A DNA stretch of 64,000 bases. Source: Tubulanus polymorphus. Its lineage: Eukaryota; Animalia; Nemertea. The DNA is taken from NCBI RefSeq assembly GCF_964204645.1, contig NC_134036.1, positions 8,806,230 through 8,870,229 on the forward strand, in the 5' to 3' direction. The notes under the pieces were generated by a model that saw only the letters and a program-made list of their open reading frames with translations, had not been told where the DNA came from and ran no database searches. Shown piece by piece: positions 10,831 through 24,020 of the stretch; the first letter of the stretch is position 1, and every line of letters starts with the position of its first letter. The position numbers and the translations under genes are program-made.

Positions 10831-11581
10831 GTTGCATCGGGATGGGTGATGGTTTGACGTGTTGCATTGGTGGAGAGTTGATCGCTTGTACGTCATAAAA
10901 GTCAATGTGTCGACTTGGTTGAGGTGCAAACTGTTGAGTACCGTACTGTTGCTGAGCTAACTTCAGTTCGAATATTTCTTTCATGAGTTTTTGTTGGCTG
11001 GTTTGTAACACAGCCATCATGGCAGTTATCTGGTCTAGCTGCCCACCGTGATTTGTTGCCATCACCGGTGCTGCTACTGGTGTCGAGGTAGCGTTTATTG
11101 TCCTTTCCGCCGAGACTGCTTTATCAGATAGTTCTCTGATTGTCTTAGGTTCCATAGGCATGACAATCCTCTTAATGTCGTCGTTTAGTCCATTTATGAG
11201 TAGGGCAACACGTACCTTTTCAGGGAATTCCACATCTAGCTTAAGGTGAATTCTCTCCAGATACGTGGCTACACTCTCGGTTGGGAGTTGTTTAGCCATT
11301 AAAACAGAGAGGTCGGTTGGGCCTGCGACTGAGGCATATCGTGCCACGAAAGCTTTTTTCAATAGATCCTCATTCGCTTGAGTAGCTTCAGGTAGAGAAA
11401 AGTACCATGTCTGGGCCGATGGTGATAGTCGCAATGGAAAGAAACTGAGACGCTGTTCTGGCCCTAGATTGTGTCCTTTTGCAAATGCACTCCAAAGAGC
11501 CCACCAGATTGTTGGGTTCTTCACCAATTTATTAACGAAGTTTATGCCTTTAATGGAGTGGGGAACTATCGATGGTAGAAC
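10831..11581 (-). pseudogene. Retrotransposon gag-like ORF interrupted by the Gypsy insertion
   Basis: W...W..FA.....W/L..A..WY..L.......L...F..RY...Q...ESV..Y..R pattern; the frame runs into the LTR end at 10830. Confidence 0.8.
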
Positions 11582-13434
11582 CTTAAAAAGATGAGTTAAA
11601 TACAAATATAGTTTTGACGTAGAGAGTTGTTTATTTGCTGACGTCCTGAGTCAGAATGTTTGATTTGTATAGTATTATGAATAAAATAGGTAACAACCAT
11701 TTTATATATTCCAATTATTATAATATCACCACGATTTCCAAAATGACAGAGAGAGACGTGATTATAACTTGAATACAAATCATATTGGAACCAAATATAG
11801 ATGATCTCAACTCATATTCCCATCATTCTGATTGGCTTTGCAGAAAACCCGTCATCGATGCTTAGCAGCTATATTTACAATTTTAATGCCGCTTAAAGCA
11901 GGGATAATAATCACTACGTCATATTTGAAAAAAAAGCTATATTTCTGACCGCATCTTTATCTGTTTGTTTTGGCATCTACTACCCTGCCACGCTCACCAC
12001 ATTGTACAAACATGGAAACATATGCGAAGAAGAAACAGTTGCATATAGGTCAGAAGCTCATCAAAAAATTTTCAACACTTTCAACGTTTTAATCGATCCC
12101 CTACTTCAAGCAATGAGGTACCGGCAACGCTACTGTGGCAAGCGGAATTCCGCCACAGGATATTCCCGCCCTCCTTCCCCGCTAAGCTCTTTGCGCAGGG
12201 TTTCGGAAGAAATTTAGTCACGTGGCTCGTGGCGGCGACACCGTATGGTACGGGGTACTCCAAATAGTATCCGGGAATATCCTCTGCCCCCTAGTATCCC
12301 TCAGAAATACAAATTTCACTCCGGAAAATTATGATATTTCCTTCAGGATACATTACGTGGGGCACAGTTTAGAAGGATTAGCCAAGCACCAGGGGGTGGG
12401 TAAGGCTCCCAAAAAATGTATACAGGCAAAAGCCTAAAAGCACCTCCAACAAACGTAAAAATTCACCCAGCAAATAGCACGAGGACGAAAAAAAACCGAG
12501 CTAAACCTGGGCTACAAAGGCAAAAATGCCCGTTAAAGATTAGACATCCGACTCCAGCCCGAGGATTCCGAACTAGAAACCTGGCTGGAGCCCACTGACT
12601 ATATTATAAACATGTATAAACATACATATACACATGCACACATACACATAATACATACACATATATATACATATCAGGATATATATTCGTTAACAGATAA
12701 AACAAAAAATGAAAATCATGTCGATAATATCGATAATAATAGGTTGAGATAATACATTGTAATTTACACTGTTATCATTTTGTAGCGGTATAAATGGCTT
12801 CTCTTCTACCCACTAGATTTTACTGTACCATATGGACATTGACGCTGTCTAGACCATTACCCAAAAAGAATAGTAGACTTGTTACAGGGAACAAAAAGTT
12901 GTCAAACGGTAAAAGAACACATTAACAAATGATATCCTCAACTGATTTTAGACTTAATCGCTGCCAATGCTGTGTCAGTTTTAGAAACTTTTGTATTACT
13001 GTTTCCTGAAGAGGCAGTACTTCTTGCAGTATCTTTAATGAGAAAACATACTGGTAAATAGTACTGAACTTATTAGCTATCACGATATGTCACTCCATAT
13101 TTTGATTAATTAGACTGTAAGTAATCCCCTTCAAGGCAAGCTGCACTGACCCCCCCCCCCCTCCCAGATTTTAGAAATCATTTGTATTGATCACAGGGAC
13201 AGATCAATCAACAACCCATGCCAGCATTTTGACAGCAAAAGCAACATGCTTCAAGATGAAATTTGTTGAAATGCTAAGAATCTTCCATCCAGTGAATACC
13301 AGATTTGCAAAATCCATAGCATCTCCACTGAATACACAAACAATTGTTCAAAATAACAAACTTATCAACAGAATGTTGTCACCATATATCAAAACTCTAG
13401 CTAAAAAGCCCAGGGTTTTTGCTTTATTTTGTCA

Positions 13435-13640
13435 GCGATATGAAGTTGGCATTGAGCCAATTCATGTAAAATCGCGGTACGTTTTTTTATGTGAGCATTT
13501 GTTTCATTGGTTCTCGGCTTAAACGACGTATAATCGATGCGATTGAAGACATGGCGAGCTACCATCGATGACGTGGTCAACATTGTTAGAATTCTACGAA
13601 AAACTGTTTTTGGCGGAAAATTCTTAGCGCTCGCGTATGA
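13435..13640. repeat. Dispersed repeat, second copy at ~34115-34325
   Basis: Shared GTTGGCATTGAGCCAATTCATGTAAAATCGCG...AAAATTCTTAGC block. Confidence 0.85.
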
Positions 13641-15519
13641 AATTAGACTGTTGCACACACAAACACAGGCGCGTACAGTATACTATAGTGATACGGTAAT
13701 GCTGCTTGCTGGCGCGTTTGACATTTCATAAGTAGAAGATGAGCGCTGTGTTTTCTGTTTGATGGAATTTGTGATAAATTGTAATTTCTTGTGACCTGAA
13801 AATACTAAGCAGCAAACTATAGGTATAGGTCGAGGTCTGAATATTGTAGTGGTAAATTCCAGGGTTTAAAATGATCTAATACGCCGATTTTTTACTGCAG
13901 TGGTATTTTAGCTTCCGCGGCCATACATTCATTCACCCTCTGATATGTGACATCATATGAATTTTATTTGGATATTTTTTCATATTATGAAAAATGTTTC
14001 TTTGAAAATATAAAATAGTTTCCATGCCGCGCCTACCTGTACCCTACAAATGTTGGATGTGGACCGTAAAAAAATGTATATCTTTGGTCTTATTTGACTA
14101 CAAGATAATCCTTTAAGAAAGATAAAATGCAATATTTAAACTTGTAGAACATTGAAGTCACGAATTAAAAAGATTTTCAAGCAATGCCCTTATTCCAAAC
14201 AACCTCTAGCTTTCAAGGTAAACCACACTTTGCCAATGGGTAATTTCTTTCATTTTTTCAAACATGCCACCCAAAGATTTTGACTGGGGATGCCTCTCGC
14301 TCATGTTACTTACGTATTTGTTTCGGCCTGATGAAGGACTCTGAATCTTCCGAAGACGGTTGTGCGCTGATCATGGTACCGCTACTCAATAGTTCCCCAG
14401 CCATGTGAGCACTCGCCATAGCCGAGGGGGTCATCTTACTTATCGGTGATAGGTCGGATGATGATGTGGTCTGTAGATTTTGACTGGTCAGCGTGGCGTG
14501 TAGAACATGCGGCATTCGCTGACATGATTCAGGCTGCTCTGTACTGACCGTTTAACATCAGAATGTTGGATCGCATCCGAAAACTAGGGTTCCATGGACC
14601 TTAAACTTTATCGGAAAAATCACAAATTCCAGACAATTTGGGAAAATTAACAAGATGGCAAGCATATTCAACAAGATTTAGACAGATTAATGCTGAACAT
14701 ACAAACTAGCCAATCGAGGAATGTTGTCAGAGGAACTACTCGACTCCGAGAGGGAACTGATGTCACCTAAATATCCCGAACTTGATCCAGTACTTCCCAA
14801 TGACAATGAAGACGATGGCAGAGGATCCGTTTGCGATTCAATTATTTTTTTCCTAAAACCATAAAAGATGATGAATATGAGGGTTAACATTAAGGGTTCG
14901 GTTCATCGAATACATGTATACCTAACCCCAACAGATGACAGGGATTTGAACCTGCTGGAATGAATTCCTCCTGCACAGCTAAGTCATGATATCATTATAA
15001 GCAAATCAGAATTTCACTTCCGCCCGGGTTATTCAATTTAGGCCAATAGGTTACTAATTTGTCTAAGCAATTGTACAGCAGGTTTGGCTAGGCCCACAAG
15101 TACACATACGCGCATTAAAGCTAATCAGACAGGCAGGGTCTTGCGATGCCATCAGGTTTAAATCCCTGCCGAGGATGAGAGATGGTGAAAGGCGTACCTC
15201 GACAACTTGCGATGTCAACATTTTTTTACCCTTGAAAAAATATTTACTAATTCGCAAACTAGTTATGTATTTCACTTCCACATTGGAGTCACAGTTTTCA
15301 TCCTAGAAATATCAAACATAGGCCTATACTCGAGTACAGCAAATTTAATTCATGTTTCACATAATAACCAGCAGTTTTCATTTTTTTTCTTTTTGCTTAA
15401 CCTGACTCATTTTTACGACATTGGGCGCGAGTTTCAGGTTTCAGGAAGTACATATGATGTCGTACAAATTTTACAGAACTAAATCTGAATAAGGTTGAGA
15501 AACATATAAATGAAATGAA

Positions 15520-16410
15520 TGAAACAAGCAGCCTGTCGGCTGATACAGCTCCGCTGTTTAATGATGAGATTTTACAAGGACCACCTGCACAGCACGCTCA
15601 AGTGTTCAAATCCAGAAAACGGCTCTGTAACTTTTTAGCCCTTGACCCATAGTTTCTACATACCAAGTTTTGTCAAGATCAGATAATTGTTGTAAGACTT
15701 GTAGCAATTGAAAGATTTTACAAGAGTGACCTGCACAGCATCCCCTAGAGGTCAAATTGGGAAAACGGCTCAATAACATTTTAGCCCTTGACCCAAATAT
15801 CAACATAGCAAGCTTTATCAAGATTGGATAATAATTGTAGGACGAGTAGCGATTTTAAGATTTTACAAGTGCCCATACGCGTACAGGACCCCCTAAAATT
15901 TGGAAGGCGGCTTTATAACTTTTTAACCCATAGTATCTACATACCTAGTTTCGTCAACATCAGACAATAATTGTAGGACTAGCAGACTTAAATTTTTTAC
16001 AAATGTGACCTGTACAGCGCCCCCTAAAGGAAAACGGCTCTATATCATTTTGTTCCTTGGCCTGTAGTGACTATATACCAAGTTTCGTCAAGATCGGATT
16101 GTTATTGTATGACAAAAAGTGATTTAAAGATTTTACAAGCGCCACCCGTACAGCGCCCCCTAGAGATCAAATTGGGAAAACGGCTCTTGAACTTTTTAGC
16201 GCTTGGCCCATATTAGCTTCATCTATATGTTAGCTAAGATCAGAAAAGATCAGAAGAGAATTATAGCACCAAAAGCACAAAATGTACAGACCTCGTCCGT
16301 TGTTGATGAGAATCCTTCAAATGCTCGCTATAACGAAAATGTAAAAAGGCATTGATAAAGAGGCAGTATATCAATAATAAAGGTCCAGTGGCCCTGTGGC
16401 TCACCATTAA
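15520..16410. repeat. Degenerate ~140-bp tandem-unit element (satellite-bearing non-autonomous transposon type)
   Basis: About 5 recurrences of GGAAAACGGCTC...ACCAAGTTTCGTCAAGATC...AAGATTTTACAAG. Confidence 0.7.
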
Positions 16411-16504
16411 ATCATCGAGTGCATATATTGTCAAAAATATTATACTAAATATAGCTGCAAAGCAGCGATAACGGGTTTTCTGAACAGTCTTTGAATCCTG
16501 TTCA

Positions 16505-16710
16505 ACGGTGGATTTCGACAAAGCATTTGAAAAGGCACAACATCAGCCATTACAAAACAGGCTATTAGGAAACGGTATCAATGATAGGACGAAAACTTGT
16601 AGCCGAAATCAACGGAACGCCTCATCTTGGAATAAGTCGGTCTAACTAGTGGAGTCGCAAGGTACTATCCTAAGTCGTCTTCTGTTTAATGTCCTGACAA
16701 ATGACATGCA
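16505..16710 (+). pseudogene. Degenerate non-LTR (CR1/L2-like) reverse transcriptase fragment
   Basis: Translates to VDFDKAFEKAQH and TSGV(P)QGTIL..LLFN...NDM, matching DF.KAFD and GVPQG motifs with a frameshift. Confidence 0.7.
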
Positions 16711-17073
16711 CAGTAATCCAAAATAAACCAGACCAATTAAATTTTTTTAAACTACCTTAACGCGCCGTTCGACCAAAAAACCTAATCTTCCAACAAGAAA
16801 ATCTTGTTCCAATGAAAACAATTCTGTTTGATCGAACAATACGCTTTTTGTTTGAACCAAAACTTTTCTTCATTCTGAAAAAAATGTGTTCGAATAAAAA
16901 GATATGTTAATAACCATATGAAAAGAAATTTCAAGTAATGAAATAAAGCTGCATAGCAGCGATAACGGGTTTCTGCCGTAAACGCTGGACGCGTTTGGCT
17001 TCCAGTATGTATATTTCCGATTCATCGTCAACTTTGTCCGGTTCTATAAGGCTTATTTTATTAGTTATGTTTT

Positions 17074-17260
17074 ATCAGAAGTGTACTATCAGAAGTGTAC
17101 TATCAGAAGTGAATCAGAAGTGTTTTATCAGAATTGTATAATCAGGAGTGTATTATCAGGATTGTATTATCAGTAGTGTATCATCATAAGTGTATAAAAG
17201 AAGTGAATAAGAAGTGTATTTTTAGAAGTGAATCAAAAGTGTATTATCAGAAGTGTTGTT
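17074..17260. repeat. Minisatellite, ~14-bp unit ATCAGAAGTGTAYT
   Basis: Tandem units visible directly. Confidence 0.85.
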
Positions 17261-17320
17261 AGAAACTTTAAACTCAAATGAGTTACGGTGGAAGTAATTG
17301 GAAAATGACGTTTTCATACC

Positions 17321-17586
17321 AGTAATAGGGGTAATAGGCTTTCAGATCAAAGGTCGAACGGTCGAGCTCGTAAAAAATGAAAAACATAAAAATAATTACA
17401 ATTTCTACTTGAATTACTCGCGAAACTCATAAAAATGAAAAATAAATTCTCACACGCTCGAATTTATTTTTCATTTTATGAGTTTCACTCCTAATTCAAG
17501 TAGAAATTGTAATTATTTTTATGTTTTTCATTTTTACTCACCCGCCCGTTCAACCTTTAACCCGAAAGCCTATTACCCCTATTACT
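17321..17586. repeat. 266-bp imperfect terminal palindrome
   Basis: AGTAATAGGGGTAATAGGCTTTC...GAAAGCCTATTACCCCTATTACT with arms pairing up to a ~10-nt loop at 17450-17459. Confidence 0.93.
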
Positions 17587-17668
17587 CTTAAAATATTCAA
17601 TTATATATGAATAACATTTAAATCATTGAACTTCTAAAATCAATTTTAATAAAAAATATAGTATTAAA

Positions 17669-17905
17669 ATGGAAGCAAATAAGTACTACTGCCCAACATG
17701 TAAGATAAATATAGATAAGTCTCAAAAAGCAAGACACAATAAAACTAAAACACATTTAGAGAATAAATTGAAACTAGAGTATTTACAGTTATATTCAGAA
17801 CAGTTAACAAAAGGAAAGAAATTTATTGAATTATGGAATAATGATCCAAATAATGAACAATATGTTGAGGATCCGATGTTTATACTAGAACATGATTCTA
17901 TTTGA
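17669..17905 (+). CDS. Short chimeric ORF in TIR (pPolB N-terminal zinc finger plus HNH-protein C-terminus)
   Basis: MEANKYYC...LKLEY matches the 41058 ORF start; LQLYSEQLTK...QYVE matches the end of the 19453 ORF. Confidence 0.55.
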   Translation: MEANKYYCPTCKINIDKSQKARHNKTKTHLENKLKLEYLQLYSEQLTKGKKFIELWNNDPNNEQYVEDPMFILEHDSI

Positions 17906-18396
17906 ACCTATATACATTCAATGTACAGAGCTATGGAATAAATCTATAAATTCACAGCCGTTACAGTTGTTACTATGACGACGAGACATTATGACACATA
18001 ATATTACAAACGTGTAGAGAAAATTCTAGAACCGGAACTAGATGACGTGGCATAATCAACGACGTGTCATTCTAGAAATCGCCCCGGAAATGGACATACG
18101 CTGTAACATTGTGCTCAGGATATTCTATCTTTCGAAACGAAATTAGGAGTTTATAGTTTACAATTATAAATCTAAATGTAAGTACTGTTTTTTGTAGTTA
18201 TTGGGGCTATTAAATATGAAACCTTTAAGTGCTTTTGACAACTACAACTTCATACAGTTAATTCTATTTTACGTTAGATAGATAATAACTTGAACTATAA
18301 TAAGTTATAATAATTAGAAACGATAGACTTGAAAATATTTATATCATATAATATCGCGGTTCCTGTTCTACCGCTGATATCTTTTAGTTGAATAAA

Positions 18397-19124
18397 ATGT
18401 CGTGTGTATCAAGAAGTACTCTTGATTCTCAGAGGACAACCGAAATGGAAGATGAACCAACCGAAATGGAAGATGAACCAACCGAAATGGGTACTGAAGT
18501 AAAAGAATCTTTCGATATAGAAGATGAAACGTTAGAAGAAGTTAAAAAACATTTATATTACCATCAAGAAATGACATTAATTTTAGAAAAAATAATAGAA
18601 AACCAGCAATCAAGCGTAACATCATTACCGAAAAGACCAACAACCAATGTAGAAATATTGTTAAACTAAAAGGAACAAAAACTAAAAAGAAAATGAGCGG
18701 AAATGAGTTAAATAAGTTTTGAAAATCAAAATTATCAAATGAAAAAGATGTAAGTTTTAAAGAAATAGAAGGTGTAACATCATTTAATGAAATAACTGTT
18801 TTATTGAAAAAAAATTATAGAACCTTGTTATTTAAAAAAGCAAAGCATTTATGGGATTATATCATTTTCGGGGATTGTTTAAATAGGGGATTTTTAATGT
18901 TTAATAAACAAACTGCGGGGATTTCTTGGACTTCTTGGGTTAAAAAATATATAGGTATTAGTGCTGGGTATGAAAGAAAATTAAGAAGTGTAGGGAGATT
19001 AATTACATATAAAAGATTCCAATTTTTAAGTTTGTCATTTTCTGATATGGTAAAATACTTAAACGATATTGAAAAAATGTTTGACAATGATCCAGAAATT
19101 GAAAAGTTCTGGTTGGAATTATAA
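18397..19124 (+). pseudogene. Polinton hypothetical gene(s), disrupted; contains a 21-bp TEMEDEP repeat
   Basis: Two ORF pieces (18388-18669, 18804-19124) in AT-rich coding-like sequence; a remnant lies at the equivalent position in copy 3 (~57550-57800). Confidence 0.5.
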
Positions 19125-19452
19125 ATAAAATAATGTATTAGTTGAAACTATAAATTTTGTCAATACAACGATCGAACATACTTGTATAATGTATTGTGTA
19201 AATCTGATTGGTGAATTTTTATGTTCGGTCGTTTCTATTTTACAGAATGAATATATAATTATGATTAACGCATGCGCATTAAGCAAAAGCGCTCCTATAA
19301 GAGCGGTTTTGCCCAGTGGTATTATTTAGATATCAAGGAATTGAAACTGACTTATCAAAAGCAGCGAGGAATGAAAAAGGATGATGTTGGTCGAAGAAAT
19401 GGAAGAGGATTATAAAATATTAACCAATTTAGTAAAAAAATACGTATAATAA

Positions 19453-20127
19453 ATGGAACCAGAACAACCACAAACTATCAATATTACAAATAACACTGGC
19501 GTTATAAACATATATTACAAAAAGTGTTCTAAATGTGAATTAGATAAATCATTAACAGAATTTAGTAAGCGCAAGACTAGCAAAGATGGTTTTCAATATT
19601 GCTGCAAAACTTGTTTTAAACTATATACCAAACAATACCGAGAAGATAATAGAGAATCTTATAATGATTATATGACAGAATATATGAGAGAAAGATATCA
19701 AACAGATCTTAATTTTAGATTGAAACAATGTTTACGGTCTAGATTAACACAATTATTCAACAAAGAAACACATTCAGAAACACTATCTAATCTATTGGGT
19801 TGTTCAGATGAATTTCTCAAATCATGGATTATATATCAATTCGATGATAAAATGAATATAGATAATTATGGGGATTATTACCATATTGATCACGTGTTAC
19901 CAATATCTAAATTTAACATGAATGATGAATACAATAAAAAACTTATTTGGGGTTGGAAAAATTTAAGACCTTTAGAAAAGAAAGAAAATCAAATCAAATC
20001 TAATAAACTAGATTTACAGTTATATTCAGAACAGTTAACAAAAGCAAAGAAATTTATTGATCAATGGAATAATGATCCAAATAATGAACAATATGTTGAG
20101 GAATTTGATATCAAGGATCCGAAATGA
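19453..20127 (+). CDS. HNH endonuclease-like protein with N-terminal CxxC...CxxC zinc ribbon
   Basis: CSKC...FSK...KDG...CKTC; YHIDHVLP...NLRPL...EN..K.NK; intact 224 aa. Confidence 0.85.
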   Translation: MEPEQPQTINITNNTGVINIYYKKCSKCELDKSLTEFSKRKTSKDGFQYCCKTCFKLYTKQYREDNRESYNDYMTEYMRERYQTDLNFRLKQCLRSRLTQLFNKETHSETLSNLLGCSDEFLKSWIIYQFDDKMNIDNYGDYYHIDHVLPISKFNMNDEYNKKLIWGWKNLRPLEKKENQIKSNKLDLQLYSEQLTKAKKFIDQWNNDPNNEQYVEEFDIKDPK

Positions 20128-22979
20128 CTTATCTGGACAGTTATAACTACTGCTCCTAATAGATAAACAAAAGTAGTGAGATATCAAATAGAATTTAAAT
20201 AAAATATAATAAAAATTACATACCTTCAACTAGCTTGTGAATTCTATTATATTTTTAATATTTTCTTTTCAAAAAAGAATACTTTATATCACAAATAAAA
20301 AATACTAAAAAAACAATAACTAATACTAGAATTCTTTAGCTTTAACTAGCTAGTATCATTTGAAGAATACTTATAATATTTTTTTTTGCTTTTTTCCTCT
20401 AATATAAATGTCAAAGAAATCTAATAAGAATAATATTGATATTGAAAAAACATAAGATGATTTAGTTCTTTTCTTTCATTGGAATTTTCTGGAGTTTCAA
20501 AATCTATTACATTTTTTATATGATTTGCAGTTTTTTCATGTCGTGTTTTATGAGATGTATCGATGTATTTTTTACAATATTGACAATAATATTGATTTTT
20601 ATTGACATTATTGTTTTCTAGTTGGTGTTCATTCTCCCCCATTTATTAGGGAAAAAAATTACTTGTGGTGATGAGTGGTGTCTCGCCCTCTCGCCCTCTG
20701 ATCTGAAACCCCACTTTTCTAATTACTGATGTGATGTCACGCACTGTGGCCTAGTTGATTGTTTTACAAGTCGGCAGCCGTTATGATAATTGTGATGATA
20801 TTTTCAGGTTCGGTTAAAGGTTCCTGGTTTGCCTTATCTACAGCGAATAGTGAAAGAAGATGGACGCTAGAGTGCGCTGCTAGATGCGGTTCCGACGGCA
20901 ACTGTAGATCTATTCAAAGTCATTGTAACTAGGAATGAGTAAGATCCCATAAATTAAAACATTTGGTCCAGTAGCAAAAAAACAAGCTTAAGACGAGTCT
21001 AAGGGCATTTTGGTTCTACAACCAAACAATATGATAACTTAAAACCAGACCTATTTGTCAAGACGTTTCTGGGAGACTTTACCTAAGTTTTACCGATAAT
21101 GAGTTAATAGTCCACTTCCGATTAAGACAATTCGTAAAACGGACAGAAATAAATAACAGTTAATAGAAAACTTATCACTTTAGGATTTTTGTTATTGTTG
21201 CCTTGGCTAACCTCATGTTGAACTAGTATCCGTATACAGAAGTTGAAAAAGTTTCGAAGAAGGGAATTGGGTGACAGAACTTGATAGACAGGAACATGGT
21301 GAAGAGTGGAGGTACACGTGAAGGGCTTGACTTTCATTGGATGAAGTAATCACGCTGAAGGCTATATCCGAATCCCCGCTCATCCCTCAACCCGGCATTA
21401 TTAGAAATGAACCGGAAAAGGTGCAGTATCCATGACGATGAGCGTCGAATTTCTTTTTTATAGCTTTTTTGGATCATTGTCTTGATAAAAAAGTAACTTC
21501 TAGTGGGATAGATCCGTCCCTAGGACATAATTTTGTCACACATCACAAAACAACGAGGCGGGAGGGAGAGAGGTGGAGGGGGTTATAGCCCAACGGGTAC
21601 AGATTATTACTGCGTTCATACTGTATATTAAGCCGCTCTTTACAGATCGGATTATTTTCCATTTTACCCCGTTTAATTTCATATTAGATTTTTGAATAAT
21701 TAAAATGCGACGGATTTGTCGTGAATCGTGTGTGTGTTCGTGTATCCTACGGTCGTGCTGTTTTTATATTCATGTCCCACACGATGCCTGAAGCTGTTTT
21801 CATCTTTTGACGTTTCCGCACAAAATCTGAGCGAACGTCGTTTTAAAAAGTACGTAAAAACGTGCACGAATTGCAGCTTATTATCTATATCTCGATAGAA
21901 CTGTTTTATAACGTGGTTTCTAACTCGTGGCAATTTCGCGCAACAACTCATTTTTGCACGACCCGTAAATCTGGAATGTGATGAAACATGATACAACACG
22001 TTTCATGACGATATTCAATAGAAATTTTTATTACACTCACTTATCATAATTATATACTTATCATAATCATATTATCATAATTCCAATCTGGTTTCGAATA
22101 TTAAAATTGTAATACAAATGTTGATTTGATGTTAAAGGAGGGGTGGGGTAGGAGGGGAGGGGCAGGGTAGGAGGGGAGTAGAGGTTATTCTAGTATATTC
22201 ATCCCCAATGCGCATTGTTTTAATAACGCAAAGCATTTTAGATCAGAAATTAGAAACAGGTTTTATGCAAATGAATAATGAATTCGGCTGCGTTCATTAG
22301 AGATTCAATCTTACACAGTGTTTGAGACCTGTTCGATCGATATACTCCGTGATTCAGGTAAGAAATGAAATAATTCTTAAACAATTCAAGTGTCCAGTTG
22401 GAAAGAAAAAGATGATTATTATTTACATGATGAGAGAGCTGTGTACGAGCCGAGAATTAGTCAACGAGAAAATAAATTCCTTCTGTAACGCAGAAAATGA
22501 TACCTTGTTTCTCCGCAGCGGCCGGGTCACTTTGTAAACTGAAATAGAACCAGTTCATTTATTTAGCTGTCGGGTCTGTCTTTGTCACAATTACTGAGTA
22601 GTTACTTATACGTAGTCAACTAAAATAGAATCAGTTCATATCTTTAGCTGCCGGGTCTGTTATCGTATGCCTGGTCACAATTTTTTAAAAATTCATGTAG
22701 ATTAGAGTAGATAGAGCGGTCAACTTTTGCGTTCAGCAGACACGGAGAAACGGGGAGAAGCAAGGTATCCATTTGTTTGCCTTAGGCTAAATAGGGTGAA
22801 TTTATATGAAGTAACAGTATTACTGTTTACCCGCTGAAGCGCTTGTAGCGAAAAATCGAATATTTAAGACAAATTTAGTTCTAATCGTTCAAGATAATAT
22901 TTGTCTTCTCTTTCAACTATTCATATGAACTTTCAGTTTTTCCGCCACCGCTGCTGCTGCTGCTGTTTTTGCTGCAAAT

Positions 22980-23257
22980 ATGTATGAAATTCACGTCACT
23001 GTCGAGGGCGAAATAAACGTGATGCAGCGTCTTTGCGCAAACTATCCCAACTGTAAAATGATTCTCGTAGAACTTCCGCCAGACTTAAAATGCAATACCA
23101 GCTACTGTGCGCATTGGTGTGCACCAAAAACCCGCTGGAACTGGCGAACAGGTTCGCAGACGATGCCACAGCCTGCGGTTTATATCCGGTACGCAGAAAA
23201 ATCGAAGAACCATGTCACGCGAATAAAGTGACGGTAAAAAGCCGGAAGTGCCGGTAA
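22980..23257 (+). pseudogene. Frameshifted fragment of an uncharacterised YEIHVTV...RRKIE protein
   Basis: MYEIHVTV...KMILVELP, then in another frame QYQLLC...GLYPVRRKIEE; the family is recalled from memory only. Confidence 0.4.
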
Positions 23258-23412
23258 AAATGGCGGGAAAATTCAAATTCAAATTTTTTTTGGCGGGAAA
23301 AATCAAATTTTGCCGTTAAACCCAAATTAAATTATTGGCGGTGTAAAATAAAAATTTTTTATTGGTCTGATAAAATCCAAATTTATTTATATGATCAATT
23401 ACGACATCTTCC

Positions 23413-24020
23413 CACTGTATTGCTGCCACTGTATTACTATCACTGTATTACTACCACTGTATTACTGTCAATGTATTGCTATCACTGCATTGCTATAACT
23501 TTATTATATCACTATATTGCTATCACTGTATAGCTAACTGTATTGCTACCACTGTATTACTATCACTGTATTACTATCACTGTATTACTATCACTGCATT
23601 ACTATCACCTTATTGCTATCCCAGTATTGCGATCACTGTATTACTATCACTGTATTACTATCACTGTATTACTATCACTGTATTACTATCACTGTATTAC
23701 TATCACTGTATTACTATCACTGTATTACTATCACTGTATTACTATCACTGTATTACTGTCACTGTATTACTATCACTGCATTACTATCACCTTATTGCTA
23801 TCCCAGTATTGCGATCACTGTATTACTATCACTGTATTACTATCACTGTATTGCTATCAATGTATTACTATCACTGTATTACTGTCACTGTATTACTATC
23901 ATTGTATTACTATCACTGCATTGCTATCACTGTATGACTATCACTGTATTACTATCACAACATTACTATCACTGTATTACTACCACTGTTTTACCATCAC
24001 TGTTTTACCATCACTGTATA
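23413..24020. repeat. 14-bp minisatellite (ACTGTATTACTATC)n
   Basis: About 40 units; explains the three spurious LLSLYYYHCITITV ORFs; inverted degenerate copy at ~60900-61110. Confidence 0.95.

Larger units (their letters stand above)
17321..20727. mobile_element. Polinton copy 1: internally deleted derivative with two different termini
   Basis: 17321-20465 is homologous (inverted) to the right arm of copy 3; 20466-20727 is the reverse complement of the left end of copy 2; both ends are AGTAAT/ATTACT. Confidence 0.88.

Noticed and set aside
12781-12790. TGTAGCGGT matching the inverted LTR end
   Set aside because: Only 9 bp with no further LTR homology.
14306-15281. Possible minus-strand host exons
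   Set aside because: Some splice-like signals, but no consistent frame or recognisable domain, so not annotated as a gene.
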